The position numbers were made by a program, and so were the translations under genes. DNA of 64,000 nucleotides, from assembly GCA_039096225.1 (NCBI GenBank), contig JBBPEB010000015.1:1364001-1428000 (forward strand). Direction: 5' to 3'. Shown in pieces: positions 48,375-58,831 of the stretch. The notes beneath the pieces were generated by a model. The model had not been told where the DNA came from, ran no database searches, and worked only from the letters and a program-made list of their open reading frames with translations. Positions within the stretch are counted from its first letter, which is position 1. Each line of letters begins with the position of its first letter. Origin of the DNA: Blastocystis sp. Blastoise (Eukaryota; Protista; Bigyra: Opalinata).

Positions 48375-48797
48375 GTTTAATAGTCTTCTTATTCTTTCTT
48401 TCTTCTTCCTTCTTCATTTTACTTCTTCCTTATTCTTCTTTCTTCTTCCTACTTCTTCCTGCTTCATCATTCATCATTCTTCCTGCTTCCTTCTTTCTTC
48501 TTCCTCCTTCTTCTTTCTTCCTACTTCATTCTTCTTCACCTTGATTCTTCATTCTTCCTCATCCTTCTTTCTTCTTCCTACTTCTTCCTGCTTCATCATT
48601 CATCATTCTTCCTGCTTCCTTCTTTCTTCTTCCTCCTTCTTCTTTCTTCCTTCTTCCTTATCCCTGATTCTTCCTTCTTCCTTATCCTTGATTCTTCCTT
48701 CTTCCTTCTTCTTCATCCTTAATTCTTCCTTCTTCTTCTTCATACTTCCTTATTCCTCATCCTTCCTACTTCTTTCTTCCTCTTCATTTCCTTCTTA
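48375..48797. repeat. Pyrimidine-rich (CTT/CTTC) low-complexity tract of Helitron B; homolog in A at ~50492-50880
   Basis: About 400 bp, strongly C/T-dominated on the plus strand, directly upstream of the tRNA-like element in both elements. Confidence 0.85.
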
Positions 48798-48844
48798 TTA
48801 TATATATATATATATTTAATTATTATTATTACTCTTTAAACTCC

Positions 48845-48911
48845 CTTTATGCTCTAGAAGGAGAGAAGCAATCATTATAGATTGTTTTCAGGTTCAATTC
48901 CTGACATGAAG
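48845..48911 (+). ncRNA. tRNA-like cloverleaf element, copy 2 (Helitron B)
   Basis: CTTTATG/CATGAAG stem; CTCT-AGAAGG-AGAG; AAGCAATC-ATTATA-GATTGTTT; TCAGG-TTCAATT-CCTGA; T-runs just downstream. Confidence 0.7.
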
Positions 48912-50930
48912 TCTTATTTTTCTTTTTTTAAATATTTTATTTATATATTATTATATATATATATTCTCTTTTTTTAATTTATTTTAATCCAGTTTAATTT
49001 ATACTTTTCAATTTTGACCTTATATATATATATCTAACTTTTTATAGTTTTTTTAGACTTACTCTTCTCAACAACAGTCACAATGAGAACAAATCCATTT
49101 TAACTGAAACAACTAAGTAATCTCAAAACTGTTTGAATCAATCAGTATAGACGTGTATGACATAATTTATGTATTTAAACTCAATTTTAATAATTAAAAG
49201 TAAACAAACCAAACATACATGTTGACTTTAAAACTTTAAACTCAGTGTTAAATGGTTAGTTTTAAAGAGTAGACACAAAACATTGATTTATACTAAAAGG
49301 AATGAAAACAATCAACTCTTGATACAACTTTACCATTTGATAAAACACTCATCCACAATATTTTTCAAAGTTCTTTTAGTAAAGTGTTTATATAGACATA
49401 TAATGTATAAAATGAAAGTCAACTTCTTGAATCTCTTATTTTAGGACAGTCTTTAAAACATTTTGACAAATAGAGAACATTTAACTTGTTATTTAAAGCT
49501 AATATTTTAAGAGTAGACTTGACTTGGATGAATATAAACAACAGCCAACACTTTAAACATTTTAAGACATACTTTACATTTTGCCGATACACTTTGACCT
49601 TCATAATTTTGACTCTCCTTTTAATATAGTATAGAGTTATAAGTCTAGTTTATTAAATAAAACTTATTATATTGAATCTCTCACTCTAAGACCACTTAAT
49701 TCACACTTTTCAAAATTGTGACACTCAAACTCGTTATTTTAAGACTTTGTTTTAACTATAGTAGTTTGATGACCTATTGATTACTATGATACAATATTAG
49801 TCGATTATAAGAAGATCGAAGAAAATATGGATCACTCAATAATCGTCCTCAGGAGCTCAAAATTGGTACACCTAGGTTTTTCGACCTCCTGAATCAGAAT
49901 ATCATGTCAAATTAAGAATCTAAATTTGACCGTTAAGGTCTCACGTGTTCAATATGAAAAAGTATTAAAAAATAGATAAATATAAAGAATAAACACGGAT
50001 AACGTATATTGTGGGATTGAGAAAAAATCAAGTTTACCCCATGTTTATTTTTCAATTGTCTGGTCAACAATTTTTATCGGGATGATCCCAAAGAGCCAAT
50101 CAAAAACGACTCAAAAATCATATTTTCTGTTTTTTTATTAATAACTTTTTAATTATAAATAATATCGCTTAACCAAATATATGTTGCAAAACTACACGTT
50201 ATATCGTATTGAACTGTGTTTCAACCAAAAGTTAACTCCCCGTAAGTTTAGAGGAGTTGAGGCTACAAACTATAGTATATAGTAGCCAATCAAATGCATT
50301 TTCCAAAAACTGACCAATGGGAATTTTTTTGCCTATTCTCATATATATAGTAATGATTTATTATATTTATATGTTTATTTATTTATTATTATTTATTTAT
50401 TTTATATGTTTATTTATTTATTTTTAATATTTATTTATGTATTTATTAATTATTTATATTATCTTTTTTATATGTTTTCTATTTTATATAGGTTTAAAAT
50501 CTTCTTATTCTTTTTTTTCTTCTTTCTTCTTCCTTCTTACTTCTTTCTCATTCTTTCTACTTCCTATTTCCTTCTTCATTCCTTCTTCCTTCTTCCTATT
50601 TCCTTCTCCATTCATGCTTCCTTCTTCCTATTTCATTCTTCATTCATGCTTCCTACTTCCTACTTCCTACTTCCTTCTTCCTTCTTCCTCATCTTTGATT
50701 CTTCTTACTTACTTCTTCTTCATTCTGGATTCTTCCTTCTTCCTCATCCTTCCTTATTCTTACTTCTTCTTACTTCCTTCTTTCTCATCCTTCTTCCTCA
50801 TCCTTCCTTATTCTTACTTCTTCTTCCTAATCCTTCCTACTTCCTTCTTCCTCATCCTTCCACTTCATTTCCTTCTTATTATATATATATAAATATATAT
50901 ATTTGATTATTATTATTATTTATAAACTCC

Positions 50931-50996
50931 TTTTATGCTCTAGAAGGAGAGAAACAATCATATAGATTGTTTTCAGGTTCAATTCCTGACATAAAG
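50931..50996 (+). ncRNA. tRNA-like cloverleaf element, copy 3 (Helitron A 5' region)
   Basis: TTTTATG/CATAAAG stem; CTCT-AGAAGG-AGAG; AAACAATC-ATATA-GATTGTTT; TCAGG-TTCAATT-CCTGA; T-runs just downstream. Confidence 0.7.
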
Positions 50997-51029
50997 TGTT
51001 ATTTTTTTATTTTTTAATATTTTATTCAC

Positions 51030-51084
<55 letters not shown>

Positions 51085-51429
51085 TCTTTTTTAAATTTAT
51101 TTTAAACCATTTTAATTTATACTTTTCAATTTTGATCTTAAACATATATATCTAACTTTTTATAGCTTTTTTAGACTTCCTCTTCTTAACAACAGTCACA
51201 ATGAGAACAAATCTATTTATACTCAAACAAATAAATTATCTCTAAACTGTTTGAATCAATCAATATAGACGTGTCTGACATAATTTATCAATTTAAACTC
51301 AATTTTAATAATTAAAAGTAAACAAACCAAACACACATGTCGACTTTAAAACGTTAAACTCAGTATTAATAATTTATTTTTATAGAGTAAACACGAAACA
51401 TTGATTTATACAAAAAGGAATGGAAACAA

Positions 51430-52340
51430 TCAACTCTTGATACAACTTTACCATTTGGCAAAACACTCATCCACAATATTTTCTAAAGTACTTTTCATAA
51501 AGTGTTTATATACACATGCTATCTATAAAATGAAAGTCAACTTCTTGAATCTCTTTGTTTAAGACACTACTTAATACATTTTGACAAATAGACAACCTTT
51601 AACTTATTATATAAAGCTAATATTTTAAAATTAAACTTGATTTAGACCTATGAACACATTAGTCAACACTTTAGACTTTTTAAAGACACTTTACCATTTG
51701 GTCATACACTTTGATCAAAATATTTTTGTCCCTCCTTTTAATATAATATAGGTTATACACTCTAGTTTAATGACTAAAAGCTCTTATTTTGAATCTCGTC
51801 CTCTAAGTCACTCATTTTTACATTTTCTAAAAATTAAGACCCTTAGAGTTGATTTTTTAAGTTAATTTTTCTACAGTGTTCCAAAAACACGATTTTGCTC
51901 AAACTGAAGTAAAAATAAATTTTAAATAATAGTCACAACACCTCACACATCCATTCTTTAAAAATTATTTTAACTGTACTTTTGATATGTTGTAGAGCTA
52001 CTATAGCTGTACACTAATTAATATCTCTAAATTTTTTATTCATAGTTTAAGACTATGTTTTACACATTCTTTTTAAATTTGACAACCTTAAACTATTTAT
52101 TTAAAGCTCTTATTCATAAAATAGACTTGATACATGATTCTAAACACATATATAAACCCTTTTACTTTTTAAGACACATTTTGTCATTTGGTCATACACT
52201 TTGACCTTCATAATTTTGACTCTCCTTTTAATATAGAATAGAGTTATAAGTCTAGTTTACTAAATAAAAGTCATAATATTGAATCTCTCACTCTAAGACC
52301 ACTTAATTCACATTTTTTCAAAATTGTCACTTTTAAACTC
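51430..52340. repeat. Degenerate ~245-bp tandem repeat array; homologous arrays at ~36010-36700 and ~49310-49740
   Basis: TTGAATCTC anchors at 36122/36366/(36610), 49427/49672 and 51545/51789/52279. The ACTTTACCATTTGG..ATACAC anchor shows the same spacing. Confidence 0.7.
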
Positions 52341-53762
52341 GTTATTTTAAAACTCTGTTTTAACTATAGTAGTTTGATGACCTATTGATTACTATGCTAC
52401 AATATTAGTCCATTATAAGAAGATCGAAGAAAATATCGATCACTCAAAAATCGTCCTCAGGAGCTCAAAATCGCTACACCTAGGTTTTTGGACCTCCTGA
52501 ATCAGAATATCATGTCAAATTGAGAATCTAAATTTGACCGTTAAGGCCTCACGTGTTCAATATGAAAAAGTATTAAAAAATAGATAAATATAAAGAATAA
52601 ACACGGATAACGTATATTGTGGGATTGAGAAAAAATCAAGTTTACCCCATGTTTATTTTTCAATTGTCTGGTCAACAATTTTTATCGGGGTCACCCCAAA
52701 GAGCCAATCAAAAACGACTCAAAAATCATGTTTTCTGTTTTTTTATTAATAACTTTTTAATTATAAACAATATCGCTTATCCAAATATACGGTGCAAAAC
52801 TACACGTTATATCGTATTGAACTGTGTTTCAACCAAAAGTTAACTCCCCGTAAGTTTAGAGGAGTTGCGGCGACAAACTATAGTATATAGTAGCCAATCA
52901 AATGGTTTTTCCAAAAACTGACCAATGGGAATTTTTTTGCCTATTTGCTTTATAATAGTAATGATTGTGTCACTCTATAGTATTTTTAAGATTATTAATA
53001 CAATAATTCAAGAGTATATATAAATTCCTGTAAGTTTATTCTTGAAAAGTTTAACGATAATTGATGCAATATTAAATGAATATAAATGATATTTTATGCT
53101 ATATTATATTTATATATGTTCTTATTGTGGAAATTGAATAATTTGATTACAATTACTATTAATAATTATTTAAAGAATATTATATTATGTAAAATTAAAA
53201 AATGAAATATCATACTTGGTAAATATACAAATATTCACGTATAAGCCAAGAAAAAAAAAGAATTAATTAGAGTATTAGGTAGCTTTTATGTAATTCTGAG
53301 AAATAAAGGATTTCATTGATCTCAAATGAACTCATATGCATCAATCTTGTTCAAATAAGTTTTTTAGAACATGAATGTGTTCATAAGATAAATAATTTAT
53401 TCTTCTATTACTGTAATTTTTCATCTATGTATTCTATCTTTTTAATTATATGATGTGGTTTAATTAATTTCTTTATCTAATGCTTACACGTTGTAAAATA
53501 AGATAAGTAAAAAAATAGAAATTATTATGAAATTTGCGGTATATTATTAGGAATAATTCTGAAAGAATATAAATACTTCTGTTCACGTTGGGTTATTTGA
53601 AAAATTGAAATGTCTTGTTTTCCATAGTTATTATATATAACAAAAAAATTGGTTTAAAACGTAATGGATCCGATGTGTTTCCAAAGGGCGATTTAGAAAA
53701 AGAAAAAGTTCTCTTTTTTGCTCTTCTCTGCATTGTTTCTATTACTTTCTTTTCGTAATACA

Positions 53763-55358
53763 ATGGCTGAAGCTGCTAAATTAGTATTTTTTAAAACATA
53801 TACTTTATTTAATTGCCTTATAGCTTGTTAAAGTAGCCAAGTGGGGTGTAGGAATTGGTTGTGCTGGATTTTTATTTGAACAAAGTATTTATGATGTTGA
53901 TGGTGGTCAAAGAGCTGTAATGTTCGATAGATTTAAAGGTGTGTTACCTAAAGTTATTGGTGAAGGTACTCATTTCCGTATTCCTCTTATACAATATCCT
54001 CAAATTTATGATATCAGAATGAGTCCTAGAGAAATTTCTACTGAAACTGGTACTAAAGATTTACAAACTGTAAATATATACATTTAAATATAAATATATA
54101 TATCTATATTTAATGTTTTATAATTATTACATATATAAAATATTTATATTTATATAAATTTATAGACTGGTATTACTCTGAGAGTTTTAACTAGACCTGA
54201 TGTCAATGAAATATATAAGATTCATAAGAATATTGGTCCTGATTATAGAGACCGTATTTTACCTTCAGTTGGTAATGAAATTTTAAAGGCTGTCGTTGCT
54301 CAATATACTGCTGAAGAATTACTTACAGAAAGAGAAAAGGTTTATATATATATATATTATTTAATAAGTAATTATAATTATTATTGATCAGTAGTAATAA
54401 TTATAAGTAAATAAATATTGAATTCAATAGTTTCATTTGATATATATTTATATATGTAGGTTTCTAATCGTATTGAAGAATTACTTATGGAACGTTGTGA
54501 AAAGTATAATATTCACTTAGATGATGTTTCTATTACTCACATTGCCTATGGTGCTGAATTCACAGCTGCTATTGAAGAAAAGCAAGTTGCTTTACAAAGA
54601 GCTGAAAGAGCTAAATTTGAAGTTGCTAAAGCTGAACAAGAAAAGAAGGTATATATTATGAAATTATATTTGATACTTTTTTTCTTCAATTAAAAGATTA
54701 TTAATTATATATTTGATTTCTATATATATATATATAAATAAGAATTAATAATAAATTAACAATATATTTATAGGCTGAAATTATTAGAGCTGAAGGTGAA
54801 GCTGAAGCTGCTGAGATGATTAGTCAAGCTTTAGATAGAGTCGGTCCTGCTGTTATTGAAGTTAAGAGAATTGAAGTATATATTTATATATATAATAGAT
54901 ATTATTTTTATAATAATAAATAATAATGCATATTTTCCGATCACTTGCGTTATCAATATGTTTGTGGTGTTAACTATATGCAAAAGAAGACATGATGCAC
55001 TTTACCCTGTTGATTATATTTTCTATGTTTTCTATTTGTTGTTCTGTAATCACATACTATTTGAATAGTGATGGATTTAGATTTATCATGTTCTATGATA
55101 AGTCTCCATTGCTATTTAAATAGGATTATAGAATAATAAATAGTTTAATATATTCAATATGTGTGTCTTTAGGGTCATTGATTCATGATACATTCTTTTT
55201 ATAATATTATTATATATATTATATATATATTATTAATATTATTATATATATAGGCTGCTCGTGATATTGCTCAATTATTAGCTCGTAATCCTAACGTTAC
55301 TTATTTACCAGGAAATAATGGTGGTAATGGAGTTAACTTATTTTTAGGTGCTCGTTAA
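53763..55358 (+). CDS. PHB1: Prohibitin 1 (6 exons)
   Basis: SIYDVDGGQRAVMFDRFKGV..VIGEGTHFRIP, TGTKDLQT, LRVLTRPD, RILPSVGNEILKAVVAQY, LDDVSITH, FTAAIEEKQVALQRAERAKF, AEGEAEAA, NVTYLP. Confidence 0.95.
54925..55195 (+). ncRNA. Intronic box H/ACA snoRNA candidate (~270 nt, expanded 3' hairpin)
   Basis: Hairpin 1 stems TGCATAT/ATATGCA and ATCAC/GTGGT, H box AAAGAA at 54983-54988. Hairpin 2 stems CATGA/TCATG and ACCCT/AGGGT, ACA at 55190-55192. Both pockets sit 14 nt from their box and are complementary to conserved LSU rRNA sequences as recalled. Confidence 0.8.
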
Positions 55359-55690
55359 ATATAATATTGTAATAATTCTTTTTGCTTATATATACTATAG
55401 CATATTTTCTATTTTATTTTATATATTTTTAACATTTTTTTTTATTTATTAAATTCTTGGGTTTTGATATATTATGGAAAGTATATTTGACTTTATTCAC
55501 ATTGAATTCTATTTGTTTTGTTCTCTTTTATTTTTGAATATATTAAAATTAAAAAAAAACTAATTGAATTATTAAGAAAGTATGTGTAATAATAGCATTA
55601 TAATGACAAGAGAAAATATTCAAGAAAACAGATGAAAAATGTAGAAAAAATAAAAAAAGAGAAGAATTTAAAAGGAGAATGATTTTAGCG

Positions 55691-56327
55691 TTATTCAACT
55701 TGACTAGCAATTCCAATTTTATTAGCTACTGAGGAAGGTAAAAACAGTGGATCAACATCATCTACAGTTTTTTCATATAATATACCATTATTTATATAAC
55801 GAACATATCTATATATTAAGTAAAATTGTAAATAAAATAGATACATTTAAATATATATATAAATTATTATATATATATATACAAAGCTAATTCGACATTT
55901 TTCTCTAATGACGGATTATAAAAACCAATATAATCCTGCTTTGTTCCAGCATATAATTTTAATGTAGAATTAGAAACAAGATATCTACAAGCCATAGTGA
56001 CATCAACACAATTCGTGTTTTCTTTGAATCCTACATATCGTTTATCTCCATATACAGCTTTTACTATGATGAGACCATTACAATCAGTTTCCTCCTTATA
56101 TTTCTTGTCTGCTAACTTCTTAAGCATGTTGACTTGTACTTGAGCATATATACGCTTACTTGCCAATAAATTCTTAGATCGTCTTTCTTCTTCAGCTTGA
56201 TATCTATTATATTATAAATATATTATAATATAATAATAAAATAATTTCAAAAAATATATAATAATAAAATAATTTCAAAAAATATATAATAATAAAATAA
56301 TTTCAAAAAATATAAAAATGTCAAAAA

Positions 56328-56366
<39 letters not shown>

Positions 56367-56392
56367 AAAAAAATAAAAAAAAATGTCAAAAA

Positions 56393-56467
<75 letters not shown>

Positions 56468-58063
56468 AATAAATAAAATGACTTAATAATAAAATAGACA
56501 TATAGATACTCTTTGATTGCTTTTTTATAGTCTTTCGATGTATAGTAATAATATATGCCAAGGAAGGAGAGAGGAATACCATACCCCATAAGGATAGATG
56601 TGTAATTATCATATTGATGGGACAGTTGAATGGGGAGAATAAATCTCATTGAACCACGAAGATATCTGAAATTAAGGAAGACTCCTCGAACACCTATAGC
56701 TAGTCCCATATTGACTTTGGAGATCTCTCCAATATTCTTACTAAGGAGTGTTTCTACACTGATATCTTGCATACTGGCGACAAAACTGATCTTAGCACTA
56801 ACGTCCTTCTTCTTATTAATATAACGAGAGGCAGACGCTTCTAAAGATGTATCTTCACCAACACTTATACCTAACTATAATATATATATATATATAATAG
56901 AAATAATAGTTTAGGAATAGTTATAATGGTAAATATAATACTATTCACAATAATCACATACTCTATTCTTTCCATTTTCATGAACATTATCCAGATTGAA
57001 AGATACACCACTGAGAGAACCAAATCCCCACTGAATTGAACCTACTAACTATATAATAATAATAATATAAAAAAAAAAAAAGAAAATGATGATTACAAAG
57101 AAATAATAAATAAATATATATATACTTCAGGTGTCATTTGTCGAACAGCTCTTAAGGATACTCCTAAGCCACTATTACCTAATTCAATACCCCAAATCCC
57201 CGTTGTAACACGATCAAGGGATTTCACAAGATCAAAATGAACTTTTCGTTCTTGTCCTCCTTGTAGAGTGAGATTTGAGTAACATGTTTCATCAATACTT
57301 CTCTTCCATCCTAATACTGCAGAAAAGACTGATTGCTTTTTAGCACTAAATGTAGATCCAGCTAAAATGAGTGTATCTTGTGGTGTTATTTGTGTTTCGA
57401 TCATTTGATTTAATGATATATGTGAAATAGACATCGATTTCATATCATGAATACGCTCTGTCTTATTCAAAATCGAACTAATATCCAACTCACATGAAAA
57501 AGAACTACTCTGTCCAGCTCGACTCTCAAATTGACGTTGTGTAATAAAACGAATAATTTCTTCAACTCGTTCAGCAGTCTATATATATAAATATTTATAA
57601 TTAAATAATAATTATAATAATATCTTATATAATAATAATATCTTATATAATAATAATAAATAAAATATTTATCATATACATCATCAACAGAAACTAATCC
57701 ATTTGCACCCGATTCTATTATTGATACACCCTATGTTATATAACAATAAATAAAAATGGAATAAAACTAAATAATATTGATAAAATAATATATATGTTAA
57801 CTTCAATAATGTTCAAATACATCTTCTCCAAATGAATCATAAGCTTTTCTTAATTGAGGATTACTTAATACTCGATATGCTGTTTCTACTTCACTAAAAC
57901 AATGATTTGCATAAACTTGAACATCCATAGGTTGCTTATCAGGATGTATAACCCTTGATAATTGTCTAAATGATGTTCGAATCTCCTCTTGTGTAGCTAA
58001 TGGAGAAACTCCTAATATCGCATAGTAATTCTTCTGTTTAACTTGAGACTGCGTATCACTCAT
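55691..58063 (-). CDS. DNAJC11: DnaJ homolog subfamily C member 11 (J domain, beta-rich middle region, DUF3395-type C-terminus)
   Basis: NYYAILGV...HPDK...AYRVLSNPQLRKAYD; RGSMRFILPIQLS; GLIIVKAVYG...VDVT...VSNSTLKL...GFYNPS. TAA at 55693-55691. Confidence 0.9.
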
Positions 58064-58339
58064 TGTTTGTAATTAATTACACAAAAATGTTTTTTCATTA
58101 AAAAACGAAATATTTACGTTTTTTCCCCTGTTCCTTGTTTCTTCTATTAGAAGACTGAAATCTGCTAGAAGTTTTTCAGATTTTTTACTTCGATAATTTC
58201 TCATGTAATTTATGTGAATAGACTATCATGATTCTTTATATGCTTTTTGTAATAATATATTTTATATTGATTTATGCAAACAACAACAAAAAGGAAAATA
58301 CATAGCTACATAAGAGGTAAGATGAAAAATACAATACAA

Positions 58340-58423
58340 GCCAGTTTGTCCGAGTGGTCTAAGGAGGGGGACTCAAGATCCTTTATGTGAAAGCATGCGT
58401 GGGTTCGAACCCCACAGCTGGCA
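58340..58423 (+). tRNA. tRNA-Leu(CAA), intronless
   Basis: Acceptor GCCAGTT/AGCTGGC plus A73; D-arm TGTCCGAGTGGTCTAAGGAG; anticodon loop CT-CAA-GA; long variable arm; GTGGG-TTCGAAC-CCCAC; T-run terminator follows. Confidence 0.95.
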
Positions 58424-58831
58424 AGTTTTTATTTTTTTTGGGTAATAAATGTGATAGACGATTAACAAATAAAAGTCTGTCTAAATGTATGATGACTAGA
58501 GGCTGCTTTCAAAGGAAGTTTTATTATCTTTATTAGACCAATATGTATATCTTACTATTCGGGTTAAATGTACACAAAGAGAATATTCATTGTTGAATGA
58601 TTCAGACATTACTTAAAAAAACTTAAAAAAACTACTAAAAACTTGTCCAATAGATTTTCATTTCTAAAAAAACATGAGTCTGTCATTGACATGTTTAAGC
58701 CAATCGTATTGTTGATGCCATTCAATGGAAAACCACAAAGAAAACAAACACAATTTATTTGACAAGTTTCAAAACTCCAAAATAAAAATGACTAGAATTA
58801 CATTTTTATATATTTATTTAGCTAATAAGAA

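Larger units (their letters stand above)
47903..48911 (+). ncRNA. Putative spliced antisense (divergent) transcription unit of Helitron B ending in the tRNA-like element
   Basis: 84-nt exon 47903-47986 (TAG|...CAG|GTATAT) and further acceptors at 48133 and 48375. Counterparts in A at 38818-38901, 39045 and 50492. Confidence 0.45.
39283..50356 (-). mobile_element. Helitron B, autonomous (11074 bp), nested in Helitron A
   Basis: 5' end TCATTACTATATATATGAG at 50356. 3' hairpin 39329-39293 and CTAG ending at 39283. A|T target (39282/50357). Removing B rejoins A sequence that is colinear with B's own 48130-48400 region. Encodes RepHel. Confidence 0.93.
35304..52964 (-). mobile_element. Helitron A, non-autonomous (6587 bp without the nested element)
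   Basis: 5' end TCATTACTATTATAAAG at 52964. 3' GC-rich hairpin 35350-35314, then 6 nt, then CTAG ending at 35304. Inserted between A (35303) and T (52965) with no TSD. No RepHel of its own. Confidence 0.9.

Noticed and set aside
48356-50906. Phe/Leu/Ser-rich ORFs (48356-48819, 50406-50906) resembling membrane proteins
   Set aside because: They are by-products of pyrimidine tracts. Several frames are open at once and the frame is not conserved between A and B.
55168-55174. TTTAGGG in the intronic H/ACA RNA suggesting a telomerase RNA
   Set aside because: It is the wrong sense for a template and forms the ACCCT/AGGGT stem. Both pockets fit rRNA targets.
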